Shown: positions 39,725 through 54,280 of the stretch, piece after piece
Position numbering within the stretch: the stretch's first letter is position 1
How the letters are laid out: each line of letters begins with the position of its first letter
DNA from: Octopus vulgaris
Lineage: Eukaryota
Direction: 5' to 3'
Assembly (NCBI GenBank): GCA_951406725.2
Contig: OX597823.1
Span: 74,586,001 to 74,650,000, forward strand
DNA: 64,000 nt
Program-made: the position numbers and the translations under genes
Notes under the pieces: model-generated
The model's database searches: none
What the model was told of the DNA's origin: nothing
Seen by the model: the letters and a program-made list of their open reading frames with translations, nothing else

Positions 39725-40699
39725 GTATGTAACTAATTTATACCTGTATTTTTTAAAGCTGAATTCATACTTAAATGACAATTAAACGTCTACTCGTGAA
39801 CTCATTATAGGCTAGCGTTACATTTCACATTACTTGTAATAAAATATATAATAGTGCGTATATACGTTCATCGTATTCAACTACATATTTCTGTAACATT
39901 TTGTGACTTTGTGAGAATTTGGAAGACAGGGTATAACAATATTTCTTGAACGACACTTCATTCGCTGATCTACATGTTGAAAGATAGATATTTCATCACT
40001 TTCTATTATCAGAAATACCAGCATTCTTTATTGCTCCCTAGAATATGTATATCATTTTTCATTACTCCCACATGAAAGAGAGTTCCGAAATATAATATAA
40101 CAAACATATTTTTCAGTGGACAGCGTTATAAATACCTGTTTGTTTGAGAATTCCCAGGAGAGCTTAATTTCAGCAAACTGATCTCGACATTTGTGATCTG
40201 AATTTTTCACAAGTATACAGTGATGTGTATGTTGCACCCTCCACTCAGCTAATAATTCGATATATCTCTATATATCTACAATGTTCTCAGTTCATAGTCA
40301 ACGTGAAAATTCATATAAAAGGGCGGATAGAGATTTTATGCAAAAATGAATCCTGTGTTATACAGATGTCATAAAATGCGCTTAAATGATATATCATCGG
40401 TCTCTAATGGAATATTAGATTACAGTGACACTGGCAGGCATATAAAAGAAGAAAATATTAACTGATGTGTAGTTACATAGCGTTAAATGTATATAAATGT
40501 ACATATATCTAAAACCATATTTGTCTATGGAACATTGCGATGAACCGTGTAGGTATGCGTTAAAACATAGAATAATTATTGTAAAATAGATATAATTTGC
40601 CTATTGACGCAATACGAACATTATGAATTGATTCATAAATACATTTAATGTAAGTAAATAGTCTCAAGAGCATAACATATTTATTGGCTTTCTATAAAG

Positions 40700-40743
40700 A
40701 TCATCATTCTGTCTGAGAAAACGAAGCTCTCAATTTTCTTAAG
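40700..40743 (+). CDS. Putative internal exon (IIILSEKTKLSIFL-R)
   Basis: Weak acceptor ctataaag|, strong donor aag|gtatgt; phase 0 to 2. Confidence 0.2.
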
Positions 40744-40997
40744 GTATGTCATTATACATATATAATTTAATCAAACTCAAATCGTTCTACGTATTTTAAA
40801 TGTCTTTACGATTATACATTATATCACTTCCCGTTAGATTTAATTAATGATAAAATTTAAAATACTCTATGGAAAAATGTCCCTGGCACTATATAACACA
40901 TCAAACATTACCATTTTAAGCTTTAACTATTTACTTGATGTAACAAATAAATACTACCACTCTTTCCGCAATAACCCTGCTTTCAACGTCAATTCAG

Positions 40998-41148
40998 GCA
41001 AAAGTTCGAAGTGAAGATTTACATCATATTTGTGACACTTCCTCAGTGCCATCATAATCTTTACACCAATGTGCCCTCTTACGATTTGCGTCTGTCAGAC
41101 CTTTTGCTTTGCTTATATCCGGAGGATACAAAAAGTGAAGATGAAAAT
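40998..41148 (+). CDS. Putative internal exon (QKFEVKIYIIFVTLPQCHHNLYTNVPSYDLRLSDLLLCLYPEDTKSEDEN)
   Basis: Acceptor aattcag|, donor aat|gtaagt; the only open frame is the one required by the upstream phase 2. Confidence 0.3.
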
Positions 41149-41455
41149 GTAAGTAGACCGCGATTAGTGTCAATACCAATGTAAATACATGTATGAACGG
41201 AGGAAGAATAAGCAGTAAAAGAGCAAAACACAGAGTCTGTCACACATACAATATAAGAGAGCCTCATGGATGCAAGCCTGAAGAAGTGTCACTCTAATGT
41301 TTAAAACCGCAAATAATATATAAACTTTCAATTGAAACGTTCGCGTGAATTACCATTGAAATCACAGTCGGTACATAAAGATTGTAAGAGATAATTACAT
41401 ATATGTTAATGTATGTCGTTGGTTTCTTATTCGGATTGTATTTCACTATTTGCAG

Positions 41456-41560
41456 AAGCACACAGTGGTTTACCGTTGTGTAACCACGATTTTCTACACT
41501 TGCTTGAATAATATCTTAATATTTATATCAATCCGACAGAATAGACAGCTTAAAGCTCAG
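41456..41560 (+). CDS. Putative exon (KHTVVYRCVTTIFYTCLNNILIFISIRQNRQLKAQ; may run to stop at 41677)
   Basis: Good acceptor tttcactatttgcag|, open in phase 0, possible donor cag|gttgag. Confidence 0.25.
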
Positions 41561-41598
41561 GTTGAGTGCTGCACTGGAAATATTCTACCTTTCTACCT

Positions 41599-41630
<32 letters not shown>

Positions 41631-41837
41631 AAAATATTATTTTTTTTCTCCTCTCCTTGTGCTGTATGAACATCTAATGTGGTTTTATAGTCAGATTTTG
41701 GCTACTATTTTCAGCATGGCGGTATCTCGTAGATTCCCTAAATTAAAATTTTAATAATAATTATTACCTTTGAAGGTTTTTATTTCAATGCTGGGCACTT
41801 GATAAGATCGTTATTTAATTTAAATTAGCGATCTTGT

Positions 41838-41960
<123 letters not shown>

Positions 41961-44395
41961 CATAGTCTTTCGGCGTGTTATAAACTTTTCCTGCAAATCA
42001 TTCAAATACCAGTTTTGGATTCTTGTTTACTCCTAGTTATAACCGTTCGGTCTTATGTTAAACACGCACATATACCTAATCTGAAGATATTCCATACTGA
42101 GACATTATGAAATATTAAGACATTCAATATGAAATATATCATCAATAATATAATTACGAAGCAGATTATTTCGCTTTAGAATCTGTCGTTACGAATATCG
42201 ACTTAATGTTAGAAATTGGCAACTACAATAACGATTGTTATTAGAAAGCTCAACTGAAGAAATAGGAGGCAAATAATTGATTCGATTATTTTGGCAACGT
42301 GCTAGAAATATATATTGGAACTATTTGAAATTAACTGATGTTTATGCTTTTAGGTATATAGTGAATTACTAAATGTCTTACGGGAATTATCCTAAGTGAA
42401 GTGAATTTTGGAATTTTGCATCTTATTTAGCATAAAGAACGGCAAAACTGCTAGATTTCCTAGCGACCAAGAAGAAATGCTAGACACTTTCAAGAATTAA
42501 TTTCCCAGAAAATTAAATTTTCTTGGCTTATAGAAAATTCGATCTTCGTTACGAGTCGAGAAGCCACTAAGGATATGCTGCAGTCTTCTTACATTTCATC
42601 AGGGAAACAAAATGTTTGACGTCTGGTGTTACTTTTACTCTTCAAAGATCCATTTCTCATGTTACATTACTATCTACGTTAAAAGAAAAGAACGTAACAA
42701 CTTTCCCTTAATCTAATAAAAACTATAATGATTTTAGTGAGAAAATCTTACTTAATATATTATTTGTATGATGTTACGTTGAGCATTACAGAAGAGATGT
42801 CAACCCTTGGCAAACAATAAAAGGAAAGAAAATAAACAGAAATCTCAGTATATATCTATCAAAGTCCGATAGGGCAACTATAAAATTGAGAATTTTAAGT
42901 ACACATAAAGATACGTTAAACATATTTTGAATGTGATTTTGCTCTAAACTTGGCGTCAGAAACCGAAAGGGAATTTTGAGTAGAATATATATCATATCAA
43001 ATTAAATTAACGTACTTCCTCTCATGTAATGATTATAAGAAACGCATACATTACTTTCATTGTAGTACATAAGTTCCCCAGTGAACGCTTGTATACAAAA
43101 GGTTAAAACATAACAAATCGAATCAAAATATAGACCGGTTTGTTTGCAAAACTAAACTGGAAAATGCAACTCTACAATGTTGTTGCCTATTAAAATATTT
43201 GACGCTATCTTCTTTGGACTATCGATCGACTTGGTTATTGGAGAGATCTCAGATAGATCAATTAATCAATGACGAAATCAACCATCTCTTATAAAAGTGT
43301 CTGTATCAATAATGTAATTTGTTTGGAGTGCTGGTCTCATGCACATAAACACACGCATGCTCTAACACCCACAGACGCCCTCACAGACACCGTCAAACTT
43401 TTACAAACACAGCGTTCATTGTTATCAGATGTATTGGCATAACACATTATCATTAAACTGCTCAGTGTTATCTGCCAAACAAGGTGATCATGATAGAAAC
43501 AGCAGGCAATTTCCCCAAAGTGAGACCCTTAGTCTTTTAACAAAGATTAAATATTGGCTTATGTAATGATGCATAGTGCATTCACTGAAACACGTAGTGA
43601 ACAATATAATCTTCGAGAAAAAGGGGTTGGTCACACCAGGGATTTCTTTGGAAAATATTTCCTTTTGTTGGATGCTGAACTGTAGAACATGCGCAGTATA
43701 TTTAATGCATGACAAAATCTCTACCAGCATTTCCTCTTCGGATTTAAAATATATAATGTTACAGTGTTAGGTGAAGATTTGCAAAGAGATTAGATTGTAC
43801 TATGAGACAATTCCTGGTAACTGCTCCAGATCTGTGCGTTCTGAGTTCATAGTAACACACCACATGATGTAACAATCCCGCTTGGTTCCTGGTTGCATTT
43901 AACGTTAGTGATGTTTGCGAACACTTGACTAAAGTCAACATTTGAGGACAATCTCTTACGGAGGTCTTGCAGAAAACGGCAAAAGAAGTGCTAAGATTTT
44001 CTCTGAAATAAAAATAGGTGGACAAACAGTAGTGTTAAAATACTGGCAGTTCAATACCTGAATGACTGAGGCGGTCGCTCAGGTATAAGAATATCCTACT
44101 GAAACACGGGTCCTAATCTTTCTTCGTGTCTCTTCTTAGAAATCATGTCAAATTTTGTATAGTTTTATCCAAGAGATCACCATTCCATCTTATTTGTAGT
44201 TTTTGTTCCATTTGCCACTAAGCAAATGTGCCGTGCTTTCTTCTCTGGAATTGTAAAGAATTTCAATAAATCAAAATGTTATCTTGCATGGCTTTTAAAA
44301 TAAATATATTCGTCTCTGTACTTCAAATATTATACCATTTGCCGATTTCGGCTAAATATCTAAGCCAATTTTCGTTTTATTTATATGTAGAGAGT

Positions 44396-44815
44396 AAGGC
44401 GGTGAGCTGGCAGAAATGTTAGCACGCCGGGCGAAATGCTTAGCGGTATGTCGTCTGCCGTTACGTTCTGAGTTCAAATTCCGCCGAGGTCGACTGTGCC
44501 TTTCATCCGTTCAGGGTCGATAAATAAGTACCAGTTATGTACTGCGGTCGATGAAATCGACTTAATCCCTTTGCCTGTCTTTGTTTGTCCCCCCTGTGTT
44601 TTTTCCTTTGTGAGCAATAAATAAATAAGAAAATTTAGCACGTTAGAACTGCTTAGCGATATTTCTTCTGTCTTTGTGTTCTGAGTTCAAATTCTGCCGA
44701 GGTCGATTTTTGTCTTTCATCCTTTCGGGACCGATAAATTAAGTACCAGTTCCGTACTGGCGTCGATCTAATCGACTGCCCCCGCTCTCCCAAAATTCCG
44801 GGCTATGTTTCTCGC
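44396..44815 (+). mobile_element. SINE family B head-to-tail dimer (best-preserved head)
   Basis: aaggcggtgagctggcagaaatgttag (A-box-like), gagttcaaattcc (B box), gcctttcatccgttcagggtcgataaataagtaccag (Nin/Deu-type core); second unit from about 44631. Confidence 0.92.
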
Positions 44816-45649
44816 CTACAAAGCATATATACGTAGAGAGCAGGAAAAACATTTTGTATGGTATAATATATGTGTGCGTGTGTATGTGTGTGTATGAGTG
44901 TATGTATGCATAAATGTATAATATACTTATACAGATATATAAATATATATATTTATGTATATGTTCATATAACATATATGCATGTATGCATATATGTGTG
45001 GGTATGTGTATGAGTGTACTAGAATGCAAGTGGATGCGTATGAAAACATACATTATTCATCCAGTTCTTTTATCTAATATTAAAATCCGTTACGCTCGGA
45101 TATTGATAAAGCAATAGAGTTAATATGGTAATTGCTCAGCCTCATCGCATGGATATACATTATCAAGAAGAATACATAAGCCGTGTGAGAGAATTAAAAA
45201 GCTCCGATTTCTTATAAAGGTGAATGTGACAATGCCTTTAATGTGACATCAATGCTTTTAATTTGATTTACACACTGAATTGCTAGTGACACTAATGACG
45301 CCTTTAGCGAATTGTTTGGCATTAATTTGATATGAATTCAGAAAATCATATTTAGTAGCACGCATCAGAGATATTATTGTTTTTGTTTAGACACAGTCCA
45401 GTTTCTATTGATCATATCAAGTGCATCTCAGCCGTGACCGTCCTGTTGTTTATTAAGTTTCAAATGTTGCGAAATAAAAGTATATATATACTGAATTGGA
45501 AATTGCTACTTGACATTCTGCTGTTTATTATTGATGATATATTAGTGAACAAGGTTTCATATGTCCAAGGAAAACTTTTGTAGTGTCATTAGTTTAGGTG
45601 GAAGTGTAGTATAAAAATATAGAAATAATTATGTTTTGATCACTTCAAT

Positions 45650-46300
45650 AAAAAAAATCATTGTATCAGATGTCAATTACGATCGTGAAAATGAGATTCC
45701 CAAAGCTATTACAATTCCGTCTCAATTCAGAGGTGCAACAGAGTGTAAACTATCTAATTTGTTATTATGTTAAGCTCATGTACTGTTTTCCTCAGGTGAT
45801 TTACCTACCAGGTACTATAGGCTGCATTTCTTTCCCAAAATGTTCTGATTAAATGCATTCTAGAATGAGGCTTTATCATGACATTTGAAAGATCTGCTGT
45901 ATAATACGGCGACGGATTTCTTTTATACAACGCATTTGTTAGTAGAAGCGGTTGTCCGACCTGCACCCCATATGTTATGCATACTGCCTTTTGTTCGATA
46001 CACTTTATATGACGTATTTCTAATTACCATGATTTGTTAAATTTTGGTATACGAAGCAAGCTTCGAGTGCACAAATGAAATCTATAAAATCCCTGTTGTT
46101 TTATGGATAACTTGTATTTTCTAAGTATTCAACATGATATTAAGAGCTTACAGTATATTCTGATAGTTGTTGTTTCTTTCATCTCTCTTTGCTATTTAGT
46201 TGTAAGTATGCCCTCCGGATTTCATATTTCGTGCTGGGTAACGATTACCAGACACAAGTATTGTCGATATTTCCTATATGATTTTCCGGAGCGGTAGCGT
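45650..46300 (-). mobile_element. Probable PLE GIY-YIG endonuclease region remnant
   Basis: Minus strand LLTNALYK...HLIRTFWERNAAYSTW*VNHLRK loosely follows the PLE EN motif order; highly decayed. Confidence 0.4.
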
Positions 46301-47649
46301 TTCTCTATACAATTTATAACGCTTGTTTCTCTGTAAAATCTCGATTTGATTAGAAAAATACAATGAAATGTCAATGATTGATGATGGCCATATATTCTGT
46401 TGTAATTATAAAAACACGTCTTTTATCGATAAACTAATGGGGATTTCACAGTATGTTTATATATATATTAGGCTGTCAGCTTTCGTTATTTACACTTAAG
46501 AGTGAAAACCCTATCTTATATATAAGGAATCAGTAATCCTCCTAAGATTAAAATACTTCGCTGACATCAAATATACCAAGTATGCTTTGTATGTATACTT
46601 TTAATAAATTGATGTTTTCGTGTAGCTGAATCAAAAATTATTTTCTGAGTTGTTTTTAAGCTGTGAGGACAATCATCCGAGAGAACGCAATCAGTTTCGT
46701 GCGTTATGCGAACAATAAATGAATGACATCGGAATTAATGTAGGTGAAATGAAGAAAATAATATCAAGATCCCACTGGAAATACAACTAACTTTTGCTCT
46801 ACTCGGCGATGTGAAATTCCCTGCTAAATGCATTGAGTTACTGTTTGTTGTCGTAAAATGCAACATTTTTCTTAATGTTCCTTCTCTTATACACATGCTT
46901 ATATAAATGAGAAGACGTTTACTTCTGTCTTTCATGAAGAATCAGTAAAATTTCAAAGGATCTGTATCATAAATAATACTCAACAATATACTAGCAAATA
47001 TATCAGAAGAACCTCTCTATCGATAGAGAAAATGCGATCACACTGAAAGGAAAATCGATTATATGTTTGTAAGTATACTACGTCATAAGTTGTGCCATAT
47101 CATCAATGTATGTAAAAAGGATTTCAAACGCTTTATCTTTGATATATAAGTATCCTTTCTAAGAACCAGCAATAACGCAAAATCTAACTTAGTTTACATA
47201 GCAGTCCATGGGTAGAATTATTTAGACCATAGTTAATAAACCGCCACGGAAACAAAGAAGGAGCAAAACATAGAAAAGTTCTAGAAATAAGAAGGAAGTT
47301 TAACGGGTTTGCAAAATATATTCGGTTTTGCAATTGAGACGCAAAATTTATGGCTCTGACTACACACAAAAGAAAAAAAATGAATATAAATTAAATACCC
47401 GAACATTTTTTTCTGTTAGGTGTCTGAAAAAATGTTTCTTAATAATTTCATCGAAAATAAGGCACCATTTACGTACTAATGTAGGTCTATAATTTGTTTA
47501 TAATTTAATGTTCAGCTCCTCGTGTTGTTATATCTTTCAAATTCTTTTACTTCATTCAAGAACAGGAATCTTATAGTTTATTAATTTCTCGTCCCCAACC
47601 AATACGTTAAGTCATTAATTTTCACAAAGTGCAAAGCAAGTTATTTGTT

Positions 47650-48720
47650 ATCGAGGTATTTTCAAGAGACACATTTATTTCTTTCAAAGTACGAAACTCG
47701 CATCTCCTTCAAAAGAGAATCTTTTGGTTTCGCGACCCTTGTTGTAGCGCCCCGGCCACTTTGTGAAGGCTTCACAGAAATACTCTAAAATAAATGTACC
47801 AGTTCACAGCTTCTATAGCTTCTCAAAACGATTGCCTCTGTGGTTCTCCTTCAGCTTGGGCAGCAACCAAAATTCACCCGTGACATGATATGGACTGAAG
47901 GGATTGTTAAGAACAGTTCTGATGCTCATCTCTGTCACGTTTTCGTATACTAGGATGGAATTGTAAACATTTGCATTGCCTGATGCAGGTGCTCTGGACT
48001 TTTGCTTCGAGGTCTCTTCTTGAATTTCCCCCACACCACCACGAATTTCACTTAGTTGACAATCTGGCCAGAAGAAAGTAAGTGGATGTACACAAAAAAG
48101 AGAATCATCATGAACGTAGCGGTGGAGTTACTTTGCCAGGCTCTTTTTGGTGCGTGGGAGCTAGGGTGCCCCCACTGTGTAGCTTGGCTCTTGGTCTCTG
48201 GATCATAAAAAACTTGTTCCAGGTTTCGTCTTATATTACCAGAGATTCTTGGATTGCAGGTAATGAGCCTAGCCATCTCTCTACTACCACCAACTCGTTT
48301 TTCATTTTGCTTGCTATCAGCGACATGAGAAGAAACTTTGAACAAATGATTTGCATGTTCAGATCTTGAATTATTCCGCGTACAAATACTACATGAATTT
48401 CCAAAGTAGTCTTTATAGACACATTTCCATGTTGTCTTTATACAATGTTACGATATTCATTCAGGAAATATAATTTTTCTCAACCAGCTCTGATATTCGA
48501 ATGTGCTACTCTCTCATTCAAGTTAGTCTATAAGCAGTCTGGACTATTTCATAAGAATTTCTATAGCGCTTTGCGCAGTTTAACACCAAACTTTAACTTC
48601 CAGATTGTTTTTACGTTCAGACAGCATTTGGCACAATAATTAGCTGTGACAAGCACTAGTGTTGAAAGAGCAGTTACTGCTGTCTATTTCAATTTCAAAT
48701 AAAATGTTGGCAGGGCAGCT
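47650..48720 (-). mobile_element. Decayed mariner element
   Basis: FYDPETKSQATQWGHPSS and PFSPYHVTGEFWLLPKLKENHRGNRFE match mariner YDPETKxQSxQW and YSPDLAPCDFWLFPKLK. Confidence 0.8.
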
Positions 48721-48869
48721 TATTAGATGTATAATAACGATATACGAAACAGACAATAATCTGGGACAATTATAAATGCATTTCCCGAAATCTCAGTGAT
48801 GCACCTAGCACATAATTCCAATAGAGCAGCGGAAACAATGAACTGTGATTCACTATTGCGGTACGCATT

Positions 48870-48912
<43 letters not shown>

Positions 48913-49059
48913 ATTATGCATATCCCCGCAAATGTTTCAAATGGCAATATGCAACTGATACATTTGTAAATCCCCTAATCTAATGACTAGGGAATTCTTT
49001 TCGATCTGAGGATGGAGCGGCAGATGAAATACCGCTAACCATATACATACATACATACA

Positions 49060-49091
<32 letters not shown>

Positions 49092-49821
49092 CAGAGACAC
49101 ATTTGCTGTCATGCCTTTTAGTAGGTTGTCTCGTGTCATGAATTTCGGTCTGATACATTTAGGCAAAAGAAATATTTTGATTGAAGACACTTAACAGAAA
49201 CATTTGTAAAAGTTTTAGATGAATCGTTGCTAGGAATGAGGAACCAAGTCATATGATCGGATGTAAAAAAAAATAGCAAATGTCTAACCATATCATTTCC
49301 CTGGAACGTACGTCCACATGTTTACAAGAATTAAAAAAAAAAAAACGAAGAATCTTGATGAATATATTTAGTAATGCACAACATCTCCATATGCAGAGAG
49401 GAGAGCTTTCAGCATAAATTCTTCGTTTTACACTCCTTTTAGAAATGTATTCATGGATTGAATATCAAATCTGAATAACCTAAATAAATCAATAACGCGA
49501 TATCAGTTAGATCATTAGCCTCATTTGGTTCAGTTTTCGTAATCAGTACTTTATATCAATTTTTCATCATCACGTTTGACATTAACATTGCGCAGTAACA
49601 GAGATTGTTATGTACGCCAAATTAGCAAAGATATTAATGACTTTAGTGATGTGAAAGTGCACCAACATTTGTGAACTTATTAATAATTGGGAGAATACAC
49701 CACAAAATGTAATGACACTCAACCATGTTTGAATTATATATTCTTGCAGAATACCACAACCAAACGCACACATGTAAACTCATATACACACATTATGCGT
49801 AGATGTATACACACGAGTGTG

Positions 49822-49874
<53 letters not shown>

Positions 49875-49897
49875 ATGCGCACGCACACATACATATA

Positions 49898-50132
49898 TAT
49901 TTCTTTTTTGGCCCACAGGGGGCATAACATAGAGTGGACAAACAAGGACCGACAAAGGAATTCAGTCGATTATATCGACCCCACTGCGTAACTGGTACTT
50001 ATTTAATCGACACCGAAAGGATGAAAGGCAAAGTCGACTTCGGCGGAATTTGAACTCTGAAAGTAACGGCAGACGAAATACTGATAAGCATTTCGCACGG
50101 CGTGCTAATGATTCTGCCAGCTTGCCGCCCTA
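49898..50132 (-). mobile_element. SINE family B monomer with tail A
   Basis: ctggtacttatttaatcgacaccgaaaggatgaaaggcaaagtcgac...gattctgccagcttgccgcc. Confidence 0.9.
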
Positions 50133-50647
50133 TTATACACATACGTATATGATGGACTCTCCCGTCGAAGACGACGAATGAATGTTCAGCTTTTGCCACT
50201 CGACCTGCAAAAATGATTTGTGTATAGTGATTAAATGCTCATGCGGCACATTAGACCATTCTCTTAATCAATTCGCCGTTATCGGAACTCGTGCACTTTG
50301 TACCAAGGGTAAGGTGTCGAAGAGGTCGCAGAGTAACGTGAGATGGAGCCTTTTGCTCAGAGCACAAAGCACTAACCGGATAATATTAAAATGTTTCAAA
50401 ACAGATATGAGGTGGGCATGAGACTATATCTGTATAGAGGGATCTTAATTATTGTATTCGGAGGGTAAGAAATCCGTAGATAATTATTATATATAATTAT
50501 TTATTGTTAGCATGTCACAGTTACAATAGTCCTTTATTAGAACTATTTTGTCTCCCAGTTCTCAATAGAATTTACGAAATACAATGCATTTCTAAATAGT
50601 TTGACCAAGGAGAAACTATTCGTAAATACTTCGCAAGTATTACCAAT

Positions 50648-50932
50648 AATTACCAGTTACGCACTGGGGTCGATATAATCGACTTAATCCGTTTGTCTGC
50701 CCTTGTTTGTCCTCTCTGTGTTTCGCCCCTTCTGGGTAGTAAAGAAGTAGGTATTTCGTCTGCCGGCGCCTTTTGAGTTCAACTTCCGCCCAGGTCCACT
50801 TTGCCTTTCATCCTTTCGGGGTCGATTAAATAAGTACCAGTTAATCACTGGGGTCGATGTAATCGACTTAATCCCGTTGTCTGTACTTGTTTGTCCCCTT
50901 TATGTTTAACCTCTTGTGGGAAATGAAGAAAA
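50648..50932 (+). mobile_element. SINE family B dimer (first unit 5'-truncated)
   Basis: Tail gggtagtaaagaagtagg joined to tatttcgtctg at about 50751; second core gcctttcatcctttcggggtcgattaaataagtaccag. Confidence 0.85.
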
Positions 50933-51625
50933 AATATATATAAAATAAGCCTGAATTTAGAATTCAACAATGAGCGCGTAGCCCAATAAACTGATTCAGG
51001 ATAAATAGAGGCATTACTTTAGGCGCCCCAGAGATTACACTAAATTAAGTCCTTTGCTCCCAACCTGTATGCGAATACTATCTTTTCCGCTCAACATGCA
51101 GAACATATCTCTACCGATTGTTTCGAGCACATAACTAGATCTACTTTAGCATAAAGATCTTGGATCACATTTTGATTAGATGGCTATGACGAGAGTTATC
51201 TCCGTGACACAAACGTTTTAAAAAAAACGCAGCTGCTCTTTACATAAAAACGAGATAAGTGTGACAATTTCGTAACAAAACAAAATTACATACCGAATGA
51301 TACGTGTTAAATATTATTTGCACTCCGAGTATAATTTATAATATATTATTTTCAATGATCTATTAGTTCCCGATTGGTGTACAAATATGAATTATATTCA
51401 TTTTAAGGAATGGGGGAACGTTATTAAGGAGCAGAGTGCAGTCATATATTATTCGTGCAACAATCTTATTAGATTTCACCAATTTCCTATGATAATGGTT
51501 TTCAATGTGAAGTTCATTATAATCTATGATGGTGATATCTTAATTTTATATCCCGTGAATTACGTTTGAGAAGAATGACGCCATTTTTGAAGGAGAATAG
51601 ATTATATATATTTATACATGTATCC

Positions 51626-51688
<63 letters not shown>

Positions 51689-51786
51689 TATATATCCATG
51701 TATATGAATGTGTGTATATATAAATATATATGCGTGTGTGAGTGTGTGTGTCAGTGCGTATGATTATATGTATCTCTCTCTCTCTC

Positions 51787-51821
<35 letters not shown>

Positions 51822-52199
51822 ATGCGTTTGTATGTGCAGTTAATTTATGGCTAGTTAATCTGGTAACACATGCTTATAAAATCTTAAGTAAGAGGAAAAC
51901 ATAGAAACTAGAAAGAAGAAAACAGCTGTGAGAAAGAACATAAAAGGTGCGCTTGAAATATGTTGCATTGATGTCACGTGGAGACTCTATGAATTCGAAC
52001 AACCTATCTACTTTTGGTAGATCACTGAAATTGAGTGGCTCCACCTACTCTATTGCGTTTCAAAACTATTCTTGAAATGTTCTCCCTCCCCCCTCTCTCT
52101 CTTTCTCTCTCAGTCTAGTAAATTTCACACTTGAAGAATTAATCCCTTAAGCTATCTGAAAAGTTTCCAGAAGACTATATATGCCATTCCACATGAGCT

Positions 52200-54280
52200 G
52201 TTGATAAGAAAATATCGCTCAAATGAATATAGCCGGTTTTAAGCCAATATAATTCTTGTTTATTAATCTGCACAGTGTCTGATATATCTTATACGTAGAT
52301 AAATCTGACTGAGACAGTGGGAGATGAATGTTCGTTAATTTATCTTCTATTCTTCCTAATATTTTCCCACTCTTATATAATTATCCTTCTACTGAATGCT
52401 TTGATATGTAAAGACTATATTATTTGATTTTGTAATCCCTGTTTCGTTCATTCAAATTGTGTTATCTTTCCAGCAAAATCTGTGTTCTAGTGCAAAAAGA
52501 ATTCTGACTCTTCATTATTTTTCGATGAAAAATTAGCTAATCGCAAAATTATATTCTCTTATTTTTGACCGTAGTAGTTTTAAAATCTATCGGTAAATAT
52601 GAAAACTTTCCTCATGGAACTAAAGGATGTTGTCATTCTTCGGAAGTCTCTGGCACAATGTAAAATCTGAAGCTCTCATTTCTAATGTTAACTTGTATTG
52701 GTATTTTTACCAGAGATGACGACGTCAAACGCACTGCTCATTTAATTGGATAATTTAAACGAAGCAACTTGTTTAAATTATCCAGTTGTTAAAACGATTT
52801 GATTGCATGATGTTGATGTATTTATAGAATTGTTTTGTTGGTGCTTGCGATTTGTGATTGTAAATTTGAAAGTTTCCAATTATTCTATGTATGGAGGTAG
52901 CCCTGTATCTTATTATTTTGTTTTCTGTCTAAACTGAGTGATAGGCAATTTAAGTTTTCTAACTTCTATTAACAAGCAGATAAGAGTTATACATGGTTCA
53001 TGGAAAATAGCTGTTTTTGGTGTGGAATATAAGTAATAGAATTTCTTTCCTTCCTACTTGTATAAGAAATATTCCACTATCTCTACAGAGAACTCCTATT
53101 TTTTCGTACCCCGCTATCATAAAAAAAATAAATGTAATTTACTTACAGCATAATATCCAGATTTTATATGTTAGACACTAATGTTTCTTCGAAATAGCCA
53201 CTATAGCTTACTGAATCGAAATCTCTTTTTGTTAGTGTAAAACTCGAAATCGTTTACCAGTTTCAAATAGGTCTGTAATCAAATCCCAAGCCTATTAATT
53301 ATTTTGCGACGATAGTAGGATCTTCACCACATATTTCACTATACTGATAATAAAAATCATCTAAATTATGAACTAGAATCAATTGTACTTTAACGGTATC
53401 AAATTGATTGCCCTTTTCGTTTATACACATGTTTGAAGTTGTTGAATATAGAATTAATTTTATTACTATTGATATTTAAGTTGGTGAGCTGGTAGACTCT
53501 TTGGCACTGCCATCTTCTTCTCCAACTGTATATGACTGAGATAATAAGAACTAATATTTTCAATTGAAATTTTAATTTATGTTCTAATATCCTCTTTGGA
53601 AAGACATTATGAATCACGTTAGTAATTAATGTCAGGTTTGTTAACTTAAATATTACAGTGGAAGGATTTACTATTAGTTAGTCTTTAAGTATATTATGTG
53701 ATTGTGAGAAATTCAATTTCTTTTCTGAAATATGATGAAGTGTTTAGCTTAGAATCTTCTATAATTAATACATATTTCTTTCATATAGTTCCAAGCATAT
53801 GTGTTTTTTTAAATTTTGATAGCTTTTGAGGCTGACGTATAAAATTCTGTCAAATATATATAAGAAATTATGTCGTAAAAATAAATTCCATTTGATAAAT
53901 TGCCCAATGTGTGACCAGATAAATAACATTTTAGTAATGCTATTCATAGTTTTCTGGATATATTTTAAAATCACAAAATAAACAACTGTGAAGTTTTAAA
54001 AGAAACCATTTCATCTACTCAAAAATATTTCCGGAATTTCTTCAATGAATCTGATTCTAATCTTGCTGAATAAAATTCTACAACAACAAATAATGAAAAC
54101 CTGCTTAAACTATGCAGATAACATTTCACGTTGGATAATCATGTAAATGTCCTCTGAAGAATCAATATCTGAATTTAGACTAATGGCGAAGATGTCAGAC
54201 ACAATCAAGAAAACATTTTCGATCTTTTTACTAGTTGAGAAAAATCAATTACCAAATGCTTTAAAAGGTGATAAAATGAA
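52200..54280 (-). mobile_element. Probable long, highly decayed Penelope-like ORF remnant
   Basis: Minus strand GVLCRDSGIFLI (cf. PLE GLYRDDGL), LNCLSLSLD (cf. VNFLDVTLD) and VFTYQ...YI in the expected RT-to-EN order. Confidence 0.4.

Noticed and set aside
40365-40437. Extra exon for the 39-41 kb candidate gene
   Set aside because: Only a GC-type donor, and its open frame is incompatible with the upstream phase
44396-44490. tRNA gene (A and B boxes)
   Set aside because: No cloverleaf evident, and it is continuous with a multicopy SINE body; same for the family A heads
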